A DNA stretch of 64,000 nucleotides from Oscillospiraceae bacterium (GTDB taxonomy: Bacteria > Bacillota > Clostridia > Oscillospirales > Oscillospiraceae): the NCBI GenBank assembly GCA_051867635.1, contig JBJDYT010000006.1, positions 25,293 to 89,292 on the forward strand. Direction: 5' to 3'. Below the pieces are notes generated by a model. It saw only the letters and a list, made by a program, of their open reading frames with translations, did not search any database and was not told the DNA's origin. Position numbers and translations under genes: made by a program. Every line of letters begins with the position of its first letter. Positions within the stretch are counted from its first letter, which is position 1. Below are positions 46,450 to 56,771 of this stretch, piece after piece.

Positions 46450-47508
46450 ATGAAGTGTGATGAGATTTTCCTGGCGCTCGCCATGCTGGAAAAGGAGCGC
46501 GGCATTTCGCAGGAGTTCATGATGAACAAGATCATCCAGGCCCTGACCACCGCCTACAAGCGGGACCACGAGGGCGTGGAGAACGTGATCGTGGACGTGG
46601 ACGAGGAAAAGCACGACCTGCGCATGTACATCCAGAAGGAAGTGGTGGAGGAGGTGGAGAACCCCGGCACCCAGATCTCCCTGGCCGACGCCCGCCCCTA
46701 TAACGCCAAGGTGGGCCTGGGCGAGACGGTGAATATTCCTGTGGAAAACGTGGAGTTCGGCCGCATCGCCGCGGGCAACGGCAAGCAGGTCATCATCCAG
46801 GGCCTGCGGGAGGCCGAGCGCGGCATGGTCTACGACGAGTTCAACAGCAAGCAGCACGAGATCCTCACCGGCGTCGTCACCCGCATCGACCCCCGCACCG
46901 GCGCGGTGTCCCTGCGCATCGGCGGCGGCGCGGAGGCCACGGAGGCTCTGCTCACCGCCGGCGAGCAGGTCAAGGGCGAGGTCCTCACCGAGGGCCAGCA
47001 CATCAAGGTGTACGTGGTGGAGGTCCGCCGCAGCACCCGCGGCCCCCAGGTCCTCATCTCCCGCACCCATCCGGGCCTGGTCAAGCGCCTGTTCGAGCTG
47101 GAGGTGCCCGAGATCTTCGACGGCCTGGTGGAGGTGAAGTCCATCGCCCGGGAGGCCGGCAGCCGCACCAAGATGGCGGTGGCCAGCGCCGACCCCGAGG
47201 TGGACCCCATCGGCGCCTGCGTGGGCCCCAAGGGCCAGCGCGTGGGCAACATCGTGGAGGAGCTGCGGGGCGAGAAGATCGACATCATCCGCTACAGCGA
47301 GGACCCCGCCGCCTTCATCGCCGCGGCCCTGGCCCCCGCCGACGTCGTGGACGTCATCATGGCCCCGGAGGGCAAGAGCTGCCGCGTCATCGTGCCGGAC
47401 GACCAGCTGTCGCTGGCTATCGGCAAGGAGGGGCAGAACGCCCGCCTGGCCGCCCGCCTCACCGGCTACAAGATTGATATCAAGCCTGAAAGCTACGACG
47501 GCGAATGA
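46450..47508 (+). CDS. nusA: Transcription termination/antitermination factor NusA
   Basis: 352 aa with an N-terminal domain, S1 and two KH domains (GACVGPKGQRV and LAIGKEGQNARLA). Confidence 0.97.
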   Translation: MKCDEIFLALAMLEKERGISQEFMMNKIIQALTTAYKRDHEGVENVIVDVDEEKHDLRMYIQKEVVEEVENPGTQISLADARPYNAKVGLGETVNIPVENVEFGRIAAGNGKQVIIQGLREAERGMVYDEFNSKQHEILTGVVTRIDPRTGAVSLRIGGGAEATEALLTAGEQVKGEVLTEGQHIKVYVVEVRRSTRGPQVLISRTHPGLVKRLFELEVPEIFDGLVEVKSIAREAGSRTKMAVASADPEVDPIGACVGPKGQRVGNIVEELRGEKIDIIRYSEDPAAFIAAALAPADVVDVIMAPEGKSCRVIVPDDQLSLAIGKEGQNARLAARLTGYKIDIKPESYDGE

Positions 47509-47546
47509 GCCGCGGAGCCTGAAAGAAAAGGAGGTGTGCCCTCCCC

Positions 47547-47822
47547 ATGCAAAAAGTGAAGAAGATCCCCCAGCGACAGTGCGTGGGCTGCCGGGAGATG
47601 AAGGGCAAGAAGGAGCTGATCCGGGTGGTGAAGTCCCCGGAGGGCGCCATTTCCCTGGATTTCTCCGGCCGCAGCCCCGGCCGCGGGGCCTATGTCTGCC
47701 CCGATCCGGCGTGCCTGGCCCGGGCGCGGAAGTCCCGGGCGCTGGAGCGCGCCTTTGACACCGCCATCCCGGCGGAGGTCTACGACGCGCTGGAAAAGGA
47801 AATGGAGGCGCACCGTGGATAA
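47547..47822 (+). CDS. ylxR: YlxR (RnpM) family RNA-binding protein, DUF448
   Basis: 91 aa with RQCVGCREMKGKKELIRVV and GRGAYVC. Confidence 0.9.
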   Translation: MQKVKKIPQRQCVGCREMKGKKELIRVVKSPEGAISLDFSGRSPGRGAYVCPDPACLARARKSRALERAFDTAIPAEVYDALEKEMEAHRG

Positions 47823-48435
47823 CATCCTTCGTCTCATCGGCCTGGCCAAGCGCGGCGGCAACCTGGAGGCGGGCGAGGAGCCCGTGGGCGCCGCCGCGAG
47901 AGCCCGGGACGCCCGGGTGATCCTGGTGGCGGAGGACGCCGCTGAAAACACCCGCCGCCGGGTCCGCCACTTCGCGGACGCGGGGCAGTGCCTCTGGCTC
48001 TCCGTCCCCTATGACAAGGACGCCCTGGGCCGCAGCGTGGGGCGCACGTCCTGCGCCATGCTGGCCATCACGGACGTGGGCCTTGCCAGCGCCATCGTGC
48101 AGAAGCTGGCGGAGCGCGACCCGGAGACCTACGGCATTTCCGCCGAAAAGCTGGCGCTGAAGGCCCGGCGGGCCGCAGAGCGCCGGGAGGAGCAGCGCCG
48201 GCATGAGAAGAACCTCCGCGCCGGCAGAAAGCGTCCCAAGCCGCCGGCGGAGGAGCCCGTCTCCCGGCCGGCCGCACCGGTGGGCGGCGCAAGGCCCCCC
48301 GCCAGGGTGCGGAGCAGCGCCGGCGGCAGAGCCTCCCCGGGGCCGAAGAGCAAAGGGCCGTACCGCAAGAGCGCCGAGGTCCGCTTCCCCCACAGCCGCC
48401 CGGTGAAGAAGGGCAAGGGCTCCGTCAAAAAATGA
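47815..48435 (+). CDS. L7Ae/YlxQ family RNA-binding protein with a roughly 100-aa basic C-terminal extension
   Basis: The GTG start at 47815 overlaps the ylxR end. The first ~100 aa (LRLIGLAKRGGNLEAGEE...VILVAEDAAENT) form an L7Ae fold. The rest is Arg/Lys/Pro-rich. Confidence 0.7.
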   Translation: MDNILRLIGLAKRGGNLEAGEEPVGAAARARDARVILVAEDAAENTRRRVRHFADAGQCLWLSVPYDKDALGRSVGRTSCAMLAITDVGLASAIVQKLAERDPETYGISAEKLALKARRAAERREEQRRHEKNLRAGRKRPKPPAEEPVSRPAAPVGGARPPARVRSSAGGRASPGPKSKGPYRKSAEVRFPHSRPVKKGKGSVKK

Positions 48436-48531
48436 CGCCGCGGCCGGCAGCGCCAAGGCTTCAGGCCGCCGCCCACGGGCCGCGCGGCAAACCAAGATGA
48501 TACTACGATCCCGATCAGGAGGTGCGTTTTA

Positions 48532-50907
48532 TTGGCAATCAAGTATAAAGTCAGCGATCTTGCCAGGGATTTCGGCAAGACGGCGAAGGAGATCTCCGCC
48601 ATCCTCAACAAGTATACCGGCGCGGCCTATCCCTCCGGCAAGGCGCTGGAGGAGCGGGAGCTGACGCTGGTGTTCGAGCGTCTGACCCAGGATCATCCCG
48701 TCACCATCGACGTGATCTTCTCCGAGACGCCCAAGCCCGCCGCTGCGGCGCAGCAGGCGCCCAAGGCCCCCGCCCAGCCCCAGAACCAGAATCAGGGCCA
48801 GGGCGGCGCGAAGCCGCAGCCTGCCCAGCCCCAGAACCAGGGCCAGAACCAGAACGGGCAGCGGAAGAATCCCATGCCCCAGCAGGCGCAGCCCGCCCAG
48901 GCCGCCCAGCAGCCCGCCTCCCGCGTGCCGCAGAAGAAGGTGGTGGACACCCGCAAGGCCGCCAACGTGAATCTCGACAAGTACGACGAGAAGCTGCAGG
49001 ATATGGCCGACCGCTCCGGCGGCGGCCGCCGCAACATGGAGCAGGGCAAGGAGAAGTTCCGCAACAAGCAGCGCGACCGCTCCTTCGTCTCCGGCAAGCG
49101 CCGGCAGGAGGAGGCGGAAAAGCTCCGCCGCCTGCAGCTGGAGGTCATCAAGAAAACGCCCCTCACCGTCCAGATCCCCGACGAGATCTCCGTGGGCGAG
49201 CTGGCCAGCCGCATGAAGAAGACCGGCGCCGAGGTGGTGAAGGCCCTGATGAAGATGGGCGTTATGGCCTCTCTCAGCGAAATGATCGACTACGACACCG
49301 CCGCCCTGGTTGCCATGGAGCTGGGCTGCAAGGTGGAGAAGGAGGTCGTGGTCTCCATCGAGGAAAAGCTCATCGACGACCATGCCGACGCGGAGGAGGA
49401 TCTGCAGCCCCGCGCTCCCGTGGTGGTGGTCATGGGCCACGTGGACCACGGCAAGACCTCCCTGCTGGACGCCATCCGCAACGCCCATGTGGCGGCGGGC
49501 GAGGCCGGCGGCATCACCCAGCACATCGGCGCTTACCAGGTGAAGGTGAAGGGCAAGCCCATCACCTTCCTGGACACCCCGGGCCACGAGGCTTTCACCT
49601 CCATGCGCGCCCGCGGCGCCATGTGCACGGATATCGCCATCCTGGTGGTGGCGGCGGAGGACGGCATCAAGCCCCAGACCGTGGAGTCCATCAACCACGC
49701 CAAGGCCGCGAACATCCCCATCATCGTCGCCATCAACAAGATGGATAAGCCGGACGCCAATCCCGAGCGCGTGAAGCAGCAGCTCACCGAGTACGGCCTG
49801 GTGGCCGAGGACTGGGGCGGCGAGACCATCATCTGCCCCATCTCCGCCAAGACCCAGATGGGCATCGAGAACCTGCTGGAAATGGTGACCCTCACCGCCG
49901 AGGTGGCGGAGCTGAAGGCCAACCCCAACCGCGCCGCCTCCGGCACCGTCATCGAGGCGCGCCTGGACAAGGGCCGCGGCCCCATCGCCACGCTGCTGGT
50001 GCAAAACGGCACCCTCCACGCGGGCGACATCATCATCGCCGGCACCTCCGTGGGCCGCGTCCGCGCCATGGTGAACGACAAGGGCCAGCGCATCGACCAG
50101 GCCGGTCCCTCCGTGCCTGTGGAGATCACCGGCCTCAGCGAAGCGCCCTCCGCCGGCGCGGTGTTCAACGCCGTGGCGGACGAGCGCCTGGCCCGCGAGC
50201 TGGCCGAGCAGCGCAAGGAGGAGGAGCGCACCCGCGCCGCCGCCCCCGCCGCCAAGGTCTCCCTGGACGATCTGTTCAGCCAGATCCAGGCGGGCGAGAT
50301 GAAGAACCTGAACATCATCGTCAAGGCCGACGTGCAGGGCAGCGTGGAGGCCGTGACCGCGTCGCTGGAGAAGATCAGCAACGACGAGGTCCGCGTCCGC
50401 GTGATCCACGGCGGCGTGGGCGCCATCAACGAATCCGACGTCATGCTCGCCGCCACCTCCAACGCCATCATCGTGGGCTTCAACGTGCGGCCCGACAACG
50501 CCGCCCGGGACAGCATCGCCCGCAACAAGGTGGACGTGCGCATGTACCGCGTGATCTACGACGCCATCGACGAGATCAAGGCCGCCATGAAGGGCATGCT
50601 GGCCCCCAAGTTCCGGGAGTCCGATATCGGCCGGGCGGAGATCCGCCAGGTCTACCGTGTCTCCGGCGTGGGCAACGTGGCCGGCTGCTACGTGCAGGAG
50701 GGCAAGATCCAGCGCAGCTGCCAGGTGCGCATCGTACGGGACGGCATCGTGGTCCACGAGGGCCAGCTGGCCTCCCTGCAGCGCTTCAAGGACAGCGTCA
50801 AGGAGGTCGCCTCCGGCTACGAGTGCGGCCTTTCCATCGAGAAGTTCAACGACATCAAGGAAGGCGACATCGTGGAAGCCTTTGTCATGGAGCAGATCGA
50901 ACTGTAA
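48532..50907 (+). CDS. infB: Translation initiation factor IF-2
   Basis: TTG start 7 nt after AGGAGGTG, a Q/N/P-rich N-terminal region, and a G domain with [20 protein letters not shown] and NKMD. Confidence 0.97.
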   Translation: MAIKYKVSDLARDFGKTAKEISAILNKYTGAAYPSGKALEERELTLVFERLTQDHPVTIDVIFSETPKPAAAAQQAPKAPAQPQNQNQGQGGAKPQPAQPQNQGQNQNGQRKNPMPQQAQPAQAAQQPASRVPQKKVVDTRKAANVNLDKYDEKLQDMADRSGGGRRNMEQGKEKFRNKQRDRSFVSGKRRQEEAEKLRRLQLEVIKKTPLTVQIPDEISVGELASRMKKTGAEVVKALMKMGVMASLSEMIDYDTAALVAMELGCKVEKEVVVSIEEKLIDDHADAEEDLQPRAPVVVVMGHVDHGKTSLLDAIRNAHVAAGEAGGITQHIGAYQVKVKGKPITFLDTPGHEAFTSMRARGAMCTDIAILVVAAEDGIKPQTVESINHAKAANIPIIVAINKMDKPDANPERVKQQLTEYGLVAEDWGGETIICPISAKTQMGIENLLEMVTLTAEVAELKANPNRAASGTVIEARLDKGRGPIATLLVQNGTLHAGDIIIAGTSVGRVRAMVNDKGQRIDQAGPSVPVEITGLSEAPSAGAVFNAVADERLARELAEQRKEEERTRAAAPAAKVSLDDLFSQIQAGEMKNLNIIVKADVQGSVEAVTASLEKISNDEVRVRVIHGGVGAINESDVMLAATSNAIIVGFNVRPDNAARDSIARNKVDVRMYRVIYDAIDEIKAAMKGMLAPKFRESDIGRAEIRQVYRVSGVGNVAGCYVQEGKIQRSCQVRIVRDGIVVHEGQLASLQRFKDSVKEVASGYECGLSIEKFNDIKEGDIVEAFVMEQIEL

Positions 50908-50918
50908 ATCGTGCCAGT

Positions 50919-50950
50919 CGGGGCGGGCGGCGTCGCCCGCCCCGCTTTTT
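50919..50950 (+). terminator. Strong intrinsic terminator between infB and rbfA
   Basis: 11-bp all-GC stem CGGGGCGGGCG-GCGT-CGCCCGCCCCG followed by CTTTTT. Confidence 0.8.
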
Positions 50951-50997
50951 CACCAAGACCAACCACGGAAATACCCCCCTCAAAGGAGGAAACGCAT

Positions 50998-51387
50998 ATG
51001 GCAAGCAACCGAATCAATCGCATCAACGAGGAGATCCAGCGGGAGCTGGCCTCCCTCTTCCGCACCATGAAGGACCCCCGCCTGCAGGGCGGCCTCGTCT
51101 CCATCACCCGGGTGGACACCACGGGAGACCTGCGCTGCGCCCGGGTCTACGTCAGCGTGCTGGACAAGCAGACGGAGAAGGACGTCATGCGCGGCCTGCG
51201 CTCCGCCGCGGGCTATCTCCGCCGGGAGATCGGCCGGAGCCTGCAGCTGCGCTACACGCCGGAGCTGCAGTTCATCGCGGACGACTCCATCGCCTACGGC
51301 GCCCACATTCTGGAGGTGCTGCGGGACCCGGAGAAGGTCAAGCCCGCGAACCCCGAAAACGAACACATCGTGCTGGAGGACGAATAA
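50998..51387 (+). CDS. rbfA: Ribosome-binding factor A
   Basis: 129 aa with RINRINEEIQRELASLF and LRYTPELQF. The ATG follows AAAGGAGG. Confidence 0.93.
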   Translation: MASNRINRINEEIQRELASLFRTMKDPRLQGGLVSITRVDTTGDLRCARVYVSVLDKQTEKDVMRGLRSAAGYLRREIGRSLQLRYTPELQFIADDSIAYGAHILEVLRDPEKVKPANPENEHIVLEDE

Positions 51388-51420
51388 CGCCCTCCAGCCT
51401 CTTTTGAAAGGAGCGCCGCC

Positions 51421-52371
51421 ATGGAGATCTCTCCCCAGGCCTTTGCCGAGCGTCTGCTCGCGCAGGACCAAATCCTTATCCTGACCCACCGCCGGCCCGA
51501 CGGAGACACCGTGGGCTGCGCCGCGGCGCTGTGTCTGGCGCTGCGCCGGGCGGGCAAGACCGCCTGCGCCCTGGAAAACCCCGACATCACCTCCGTCTAC
51601 GCCGACTATCTCGCCCCCTTTCTGGCCCCGGCGGACTTTGCGCCCCGCTTTATCGTGGCGGTGGACATGGCAAGCCGGAGCATGTTCCCGGAAAACGCGG
51701 CGAAATACCTCGGCGCGGTGGACCTGACGGTGGACCACCATCCCTCTCAGGAATTTTTCGCCCGGGAAACCTGTCTCGACGCTTCCGCCGCCGCCTGCGG
51801 CGAGATCGTCTATGATATCTGCCGCGCCATCGCCCCCCTGGACGGGGAAATCGCGAGATATCTCTATCTCGCTGTGTCCACGGACACGGGCTGCTTCGTC
51901 TACTCCAACGTCACCGCCCGCACCCATGCGGTGGCGGCGGCGCTGCTGGCGCAGCCCTTTGACGCCGCCGCCGTGAACAAGCGCCACTTCCGCACCAAGA
52001 CCCAGACCCGCCTGCGGCTGGAGGCCGCGCTGATCGACGGCATGGAGCTGCATGACGGCGGGCGCATCGCCGTGCTGCAGCTGCCGCTGTCCCTCATGGC
52101 GCGTCTCAACGCCACAGAGGCGGACGCGGACGACATCGCCTCTCTGGCGAACCTGCTGGAGGGGGTGGACTGCGGCGTGATCTTGCGGGAGCTTACGGAG
52201 GGCAAGTGGAAGATCTCCCTTCGCACCGGCAGCCGGATCAACGCCAGCCGGGCCTGCGCCCTGCTGGGGGGCGGCGGACACGCCGCCGCCGCGGGCTGCA
52301 CGGTGGAGGGCACGGCGGAGCAGGCCAAGGCCGCCATTCTCGCCGCCGTGGCGGAGGTCGCCCATGGCTGA
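51421..52371 (+). CDS. nrnA: DHH family phosphoesterase (NrnA-like oligoribonuclease / pAp phosphatase)
   Basis: 316 aa with HRRPDGDTVGC, VDHHPS and GGGGHAAAAG motifs. Confidence 0.85.
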   Translation: MEISPQAFAERLLAQDQILILTHRRPDGDTVGCAAALCLALRRAGKTACALENPDITSVYADYLAPFLAPADFAPRFIVAVDMASRSMFPENAAKYLGAVDLTVDHHPSQEFFARETCLDASAAACGEIVYDICRAIAPLDGEIARYLYLAVSTDTGCFVYSNVTARTHAVAAALLAQPFDAAAVNKRHFRTKTQTRLRLEAALIDGMELHDGGRIAVLQLPLSLMARLNATEADADDIASLANLLEGVDCGVILRELTEGKWKISLRTGSRINASRACALLGGGGHAAAAGCTVEGTAEQAKAAILAAVAEVAHG

Positions 52372-53227
52372 CGGCATCCTCATCATCGACAAGCCCGAGG
52401 GCTGGACCAGCATGGACGTCTGCGCCAAGCTCCGCGGCATTTACCACGAAAAGCGCGTGGGCCACGCGGGGACCCTGGACCCCATGGCCACCGGCGTCCT
52501 GCCGGTCTTTATCGGGAAAGCCACCCGGGCCGTCTCCTTCGCGGAAAACGGCCGGAAGGAATACGTCGCCGGGCTGCGTCTGGGCCTTGTGACCAATACC
52601 CAGGACTCGACGGGGGAGGTGCTCTCGGAGCGCCCCGCCGCCGTGACGGCGGAAGAGCTGCGCGCCCTCCTGCCCCGCTTTACCGGAGAGCTGATGCAGC
52701 TGCCGCCCATGTTCAGCGCCGTGAAGCGCAACGGCAAAAAGCTCTACGAGCTGGCCCGCAAGGGACAGGAGGTGGAGCGAGCGCCCCGCGCCGTCACCAT
52801 CTATGAGCTGGAGCTGCTGGAGCAAACGGGGCCGGAGACCTTCCTGCTCCGCGTCCTCTGCTCCAAGGGGACATACATCCGCACCCTCTGCCACGATATG
52901 GGCCAGACCCTTGGCTGCGGCGGCTGCATGTGCAGTCTCCGCCGCACCATGGCGGCGGGCTTTACGCTGGAGCAGGCCGTGACCCTGCGGCAGGCGGAGA
53001 CGGAAAAGGACGCCCTTCTCCTGCCCCTCGACGCCTATTTCCGGGACTATCCCGCCCTGACGCTGAACGAAGGACAGGAGCGGCGCTGCCGCTGCGGCAA
53101 TCCCGTAACGGTGCCGGAGGCGGCGGACGGGGTCTACCGCCTCTACGGCGCGGACGGGCGCTTCCTGGCCCTGTCCCGGGCGGAGGGCGGAACGCTCCGC
53201 TCCATCAAAAACTTTTTCGGAGAATGA
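52364..53227 (+). CDS. truB: tRNA pseudouridine(55) synthase
   Basis: 287 aa with GILIIDKPEGWTS and HAGTLDPMATGVLPV. Confidence 0.95.
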   Translation: MADGILIIDKPEGWTSMDVCAKLRGIYHEKRVGHAGTLDPMATGVLPVFIGKATRAVSFAENGRKEYVAGLRLGLVTNTQDSTGEVLSERPAAVTAEELRALLPRFTGELMQLPPMFSAVKRNGKKLYELARKGQEVERAPRAVTIYELELLEQTGPETFLLRVLCSKGTYIRTLCHDMGQTLGCGGCMCSLRRTMAAGFTLEQAVTLRQAETEKDALLLPLDAYFRDYPALTLNEGQERRCRCGNPVTVPEAADGVYRLYGADGRFLALSRAEGGTLRSIKNFFGE

Positions 53228-53230
53228 GCC

Positions 53231-54133
53231 ATGCAAAAGAAAGTCATCGCGCTGGGCTTTTTTGACGGCGTCCATCTGGGCCACCGCGCGCTGCTGGAAA
53301 GGACCGCCGCGAGGGCGAAGGAGCTGGGTCTGACCCCTGCCGCCTTCACCTTTGACCGGCCGCCCAAGGAGGCGGTGTCCGGCGTTCCCGTCCCCCTCAT
53401 CAACTCCCCCGCCGACCGGGCGCTGCTCATGCGCGCCTGCGGCATGGAGGAGGTCATCGTGGCCCCCTTCGACCGGGCCATGATGACCATGGAGTGGGAG
53501 GATTTCATCGAAACGCTGCTGCTGGGCGTCCACCACGCCGCCCATCTGGTGGCGGGACACGACTTCCGCTTCGGCTACTGGAACCAGGGCACGCCGGAGA
53601 AGCTCGCGCAGAAATGCCGGGAGCTTGGCCTCGGCTGCGACATCATCCCCGCCGTGCAGGTGGACGGCGTCACCGTCAGCTCCACCTATATCCGCGCGCT
53701 GCTGGAGAAGGGCGAGACGGAGGCCGCCGCCCGCTTCCTGGGCCATCCCCACCTGCTGACCCAGACCGTGGCCCACGGCCGCCGCATCGGCCGCACCATC
53801 GGCATCCCCACCATCAACTTCCCCGCGCCGGAGAAGCTGCTGCTCCCCGCCGACGGGGTCTACGCCACCACCGTGGCCCTGCCGGACGGCCGCCGGCTCA
53901 GCGGCGTCACCAACGTGGGCTGCCGCCCCACCGTCAACGGCACAGGCCGGACGGTGGAGACCTTTTTGCTGGACTTCGACGGAGACCTCTACGGCGAGAC
54001 GGTGCGCCTTTCCTTCTTCCGCCGCCTGCGGGGGGAGGAGAAGTTCCCCTCTCTGGAGGCGCTGCGCGCCCAGATCCAGCGGGACATCCGCGCGGCAAAG
54101 GAATCCCTCGCCGCCGCGGGCGAAACAGGCTGA
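53231..54133 (+). CDS. ribF: Bifunctional riboflavin kinase / FAD synthetase
   Basis: 300 aa with GFFDGVHLGH, SSTYIR and PTINF. Confidence 0.95.
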   Translation: MQKKVIALGFFDGVHLGHRALLERTAARAKELGLTPAAFTFDRPPKEAVSGVPVPLINSPADRALLMRACGMEEVIVAPFDRAMMTMEWEDFIETLLLGVHHAAHLVAGHDFRFGYWNQGTPEKLAQKCRELGLGCDIIPAVQVDGVTVSSTYIRALLEKGETEAAARFLGHPHLLTQTVAHGRRIGRTIGIPTINFPAPEKLLLPADGVYATTVALPDGRRLSGVTNVGCRPTVNGTGRTVETFLLDFDGDLYGETVRLSFFRRLRGEEKFPSLEALRAQIQRDIRAAKESLAAAGETG

Positions 54134-54150
54134 ACGACCGCCTTTACCGG

Positions 54151-54181
54151 GCCGCCGGACTTTTGTCCGGCGGCTTTTTTT
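54151..54181 (+). terminator. Intrinsic terminator of the nusA-infB-ribF operon
   Basis: Stem GCCGCCGGA/TCCGGCGGC followed by T7. Confidence 0.85.
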
Positions 54182-54285
54182 CGCGCCTTTGGCCCCGCCG
54201 GCCGGGGAATCTTCCCCGCGGCTATTTCCCGACGCTTTTTGCCCGCCCTTCCCGCTACAATAGGCGGAGAAAGGAGGGACAAGCC

Positions 54286-56328
54286 ATGAAACGACTGCGA
54301 AAAAAGGAGCCCTCTTCCGCCCTGCCCTCCCTCCGCTTCTGCCTGCTGCGCTTCCTCATGGGGGCCATCCTCAGCGCCAACCAGCTTTTCGGCGGCTACG
54401 CGCCCTTTGCGCTGGGCTTCGTCTCCGCCATGGGCGCGGGCAGCGGAGGGCTCGCGGCTCTGGCGGGGGTCTTCGCCGGCGGGGCGCTGTTCATGGATTT
54501 CTCCCGGGCGCTGCGGCTGGCGGCGGTGGGCATCCTCCTCTTTTCCGCCAACTCCACCTTCGCCGGGACGCGGCCCGCCCGCCAGCCCCTGTTCCGCCCG
54601 GTGCTGGCCTCCCTCCTCATGGGGGCGGTGGAGGCCATCTACCTCGTCACCGGCGAGGCGGGGCTGGTGGAGTCGGCGGAGGGCGTCACCGCCGTGGTGC
54701 TCTGCGGCCTCGCCGCCTATTACTTCCCCGCCGAGGCGGAGCTCCGCGCCCCGGACACGCCGAAGGAGCGCCTTTCCTCCGCCGTGCTGCTGGCGGCGCT
54801 GCTCATGTCCCTGACGGAGGTAACGCTGGTTCGGGGCGTCTCCCTGGGGCGGGTGCTGCTGGGGGCCTTCGCCATGTACATCGCCTTTCAGACCCCGCCC
54901 GCCACCGCGGCGGCGGCGGGGCTGGGCCTGGGCCTGGCCGTGGACCTGCGCATGGGCGGCGGCTCGCTGTTCTTTGCCGCGGCCTACGCCCTGGCCTCCC
55001 TCTTTCTCTCCTCCCGGCGGGAGAGCGGACGGCTTATCGCCGCCATCCTCTACGGCCTGGTGGTGTCTTTCTTCCTGCTGCCCGCCTCCGTCTCCCTGCG
55101 CCTGCCGTTGGTGGAGGAGACGCTCTGCGCGGCGCTGCTGTTTCTGCTGCTGCCCCTGCCCCGGCGGGGCGGGAAATACCTCTCCCCCCAGGACGGCGAG
55201 CCCTCCCCCTCCCAGCGGCTGCGCCGCCAGCTGGAGCAGACGGCTCTGGCCTTCCGGGAGCTGGCGGACAGCTTTCCCCGCGCCGCGGCGGCGGAGGAGA
55301 ACCCCTCCGTCCTCTTCGACCGGGTGGCGGAGCAGGTCTGCCAGGGCTGCGGCCTCTGCGACGTCTGCTGGAAGAAGGAGTACCAGGCCACCTACAGCGC
55401 CTTCAACGACGCCACCGCCGCCCTGCTGCGCCGGGGCCGGGCGGAGCCGGGGGACTTTCCCGGCTATTTCAGCAGCCGCTGCCCCCGCTTCGCGGACTTT
55501 CTGGACGCGCTGAACCGGGAGCTCAGCGCCTTTTTGCTGCGGCGGCAGTACCGGCTCCGCCTGCGGCAGGCCCACAGCAGCGCCCGGGGCCAGTATGTGC
55601 AGCTGTCGGACCTGCTCTCCCGCACGGCGGAGGAGCTGACAGCCCGGGCGGTGGGCGCGTCGCGCAAGGCGCCCCTCGCCTATCAGGTGGGAAGCTCCCT
55701 GCGGCCCCGGCGGGACCAGCAGGTCAGCGGCGACAGCGTGGCCTGGTTCGAAAGCGACAGCGGCCGCATGCTCTACCTTCTCCTCAGCGACGGCATGGGC
55801 AGCGGCCGGGAGGCCCAGCAGGAGTCCGCCACGGCGGTGCGCCTGCTGGAGCGATTCCTCCGGGCGGACATGCCGGCGGAGGCAGCGCTGAGCACCCTCA
55901 GCTCCGCCTACTTCCTCCGGGGCGAGGAGGGCGGCGGCTTCACCACCATCGACCTGCTGGCGCTGGACCTGCAGACGGCGGAGGCGGTCCTTTACAAGTA
56001 CGGGGCCGCGCCCTCCTACCTGCGGCAGGACGGGCAGGTGCGGCGCATCACCGGCGGCAGCCTCCCGGCGGGGCTGGAGAAGGAGGGGCAGACCCCGGAC
56101 GCGACACGGCTCCACCTCGGGCGCGGCGCGGTGCTGCTGCTCATGAGCGACGGCCTTTCCGAGCGGGAGGACGACCGCTGGATCACTGAGCTGCTTCAGG
56201 CCTGGGACGGGCACAGCCCCCAGTCCCTGACGGCGCTGCTGCTGGCGGATTCGCTGCAGCACGGCGGCGAAAACGACGACTGCGCCGCGCTGGCGCTGCT
56301 GCTGGGCGGCGGCGATACGGAAGTATAA
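54286..56328 (+). CDS. spoIIE: Stage II sporulation protein E (membrane PP2C phosphatase)
   Basis: 680 aa with about 10 N-terminal TM segments and a C-terminal PP2C domain (GDSVAWFE..., LLLSDGMGSGREAQQES, LLLMSDGL and DDCAALAL). The ATG at 54286 follows AAGGAGG. Confidence 0.9.
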   Translation: MKRLRKKEPSSALPSLRFCLLRFLMGAILSANQLFGGYAPFALGFVSAMGAGSGGLAALAGVFAGGALFMDFSRALRLAAVGILLFSANSTFAGTRPARQPLFRPVLASLLMGAVEAIYLVTGEAGLVESAEGVTAVVLCGLAAYYFPAEAELRAPDTPKERLSSAVLLAALLMSLTEVTLVRGVSLGRVLLGAFAMYIAFQTPPATAAAAGLGLGLAVDLRMGGGSLFFAAAYALASLFLSSRRESGRLIAAILYGLVVSFFLLPASVSLRLPLVEETLCAALLFLLLPLPRRGGKYLSPQDGEPSPSQRLRRQLEQTALAFRELADSFPRAAAAEENPSVLFDRVAEQVCQGCGLCDVCWKKEYQATYSAFNDATAALLRRGRAEPGDFPGYFSSRCPRFADFLDALNRELSAFLLRRQYRLRLRQAHSSARGQYVQLSDLLSRTAEELTARAVGASRKAPLAYQVGSSLRPRRDQQVSGDSVAWFESDSGRMLYLLLSDGMGSGREAQQESATAVRLLERFLRADMPAEAALSTLSSAYFLRGEEGGGFTTIDLLALDLQTAEAVLYKYGAAPSYLRQDGQVRRITGGSLPAGLEKEGQTPDATRLHLGRGAVLLLMSDGLSEREDDRWITELLQAWDGHSPQSLTALLLADSLQHGGENDDCAALALLLGGGDTEV

Positions 56329-56400
56329 AACCGCCCCGCCGCGGCAAGAATGACAGCAAAGACGACGCCGCTGCCGCGGCTTTGAAAAGGAGCGATTCGA

Positions 56401-56676
56401 TTGGTCAAAGGTGTATCCCGCCGGGTGGTCGTGGTGGACTCCCCCGACCCCCAGCTGTTTGAACAGGCAATCTTCATCGTGCGCAACGACGCCTTCGGCC
56501 GAAGCGGCGTTTCCTCCCAGCAGGTGGTGGCGGAGGCCGTGGAAGCGGCCTCCCGCTATGTCCGCGGTACGGAGCGGAGCCGGAGGTTTTCCCTCCGGCG
56601 TCTCCCGCCCTGGGCCTACGCCATGGGCGGCGCGGGCGGCATCGGGCTTTTATGGCTGGCGGTGAGCCTGCTGTAG
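56401..56676 (+). CDS. Hypothetical small protein with C-terminal membrane anchor
   Basis: 91 aa with a TTG start after AAGGAG. The N-terminus VKGVSRRVVVVDSPDPQLFEQAIFIVRND recalls a small protein family I have seen conserved in Clostridia (recollection only). The function is unknown. Confidence 0.5.
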   Translation: MVKGVSRRVVVVDSPDPQLFEQAIFIVRNDAFGRSGVSSQQVVAEAVEAASRYVRGTERSRRFSLRRLPPWAYAMGGAGGIGLLWLAVSLL

Positions 56677-56771
56677 TCTTCCCTCTCCTCTCTGTTTTCC
56701 TCCCCCTTGCGGGCGTGTGCCGACGGCACGCGCCCGTCTTTTTTTCACCGGCCGCGCGATGGCCTCCGCCC

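Noticed and set aside
48772-48840. An 18-nt direct repeat GCCCAGCCCCAGAACCAG, occurring twice 51 nt apart.
   Set aside because: It lies in frame in the Q/N/P-rich N-terminal region of IF-2 (AQPQNQ repeats). This is ordinary low-complexity coding sequence, possibly length-variable, but not a separate element.
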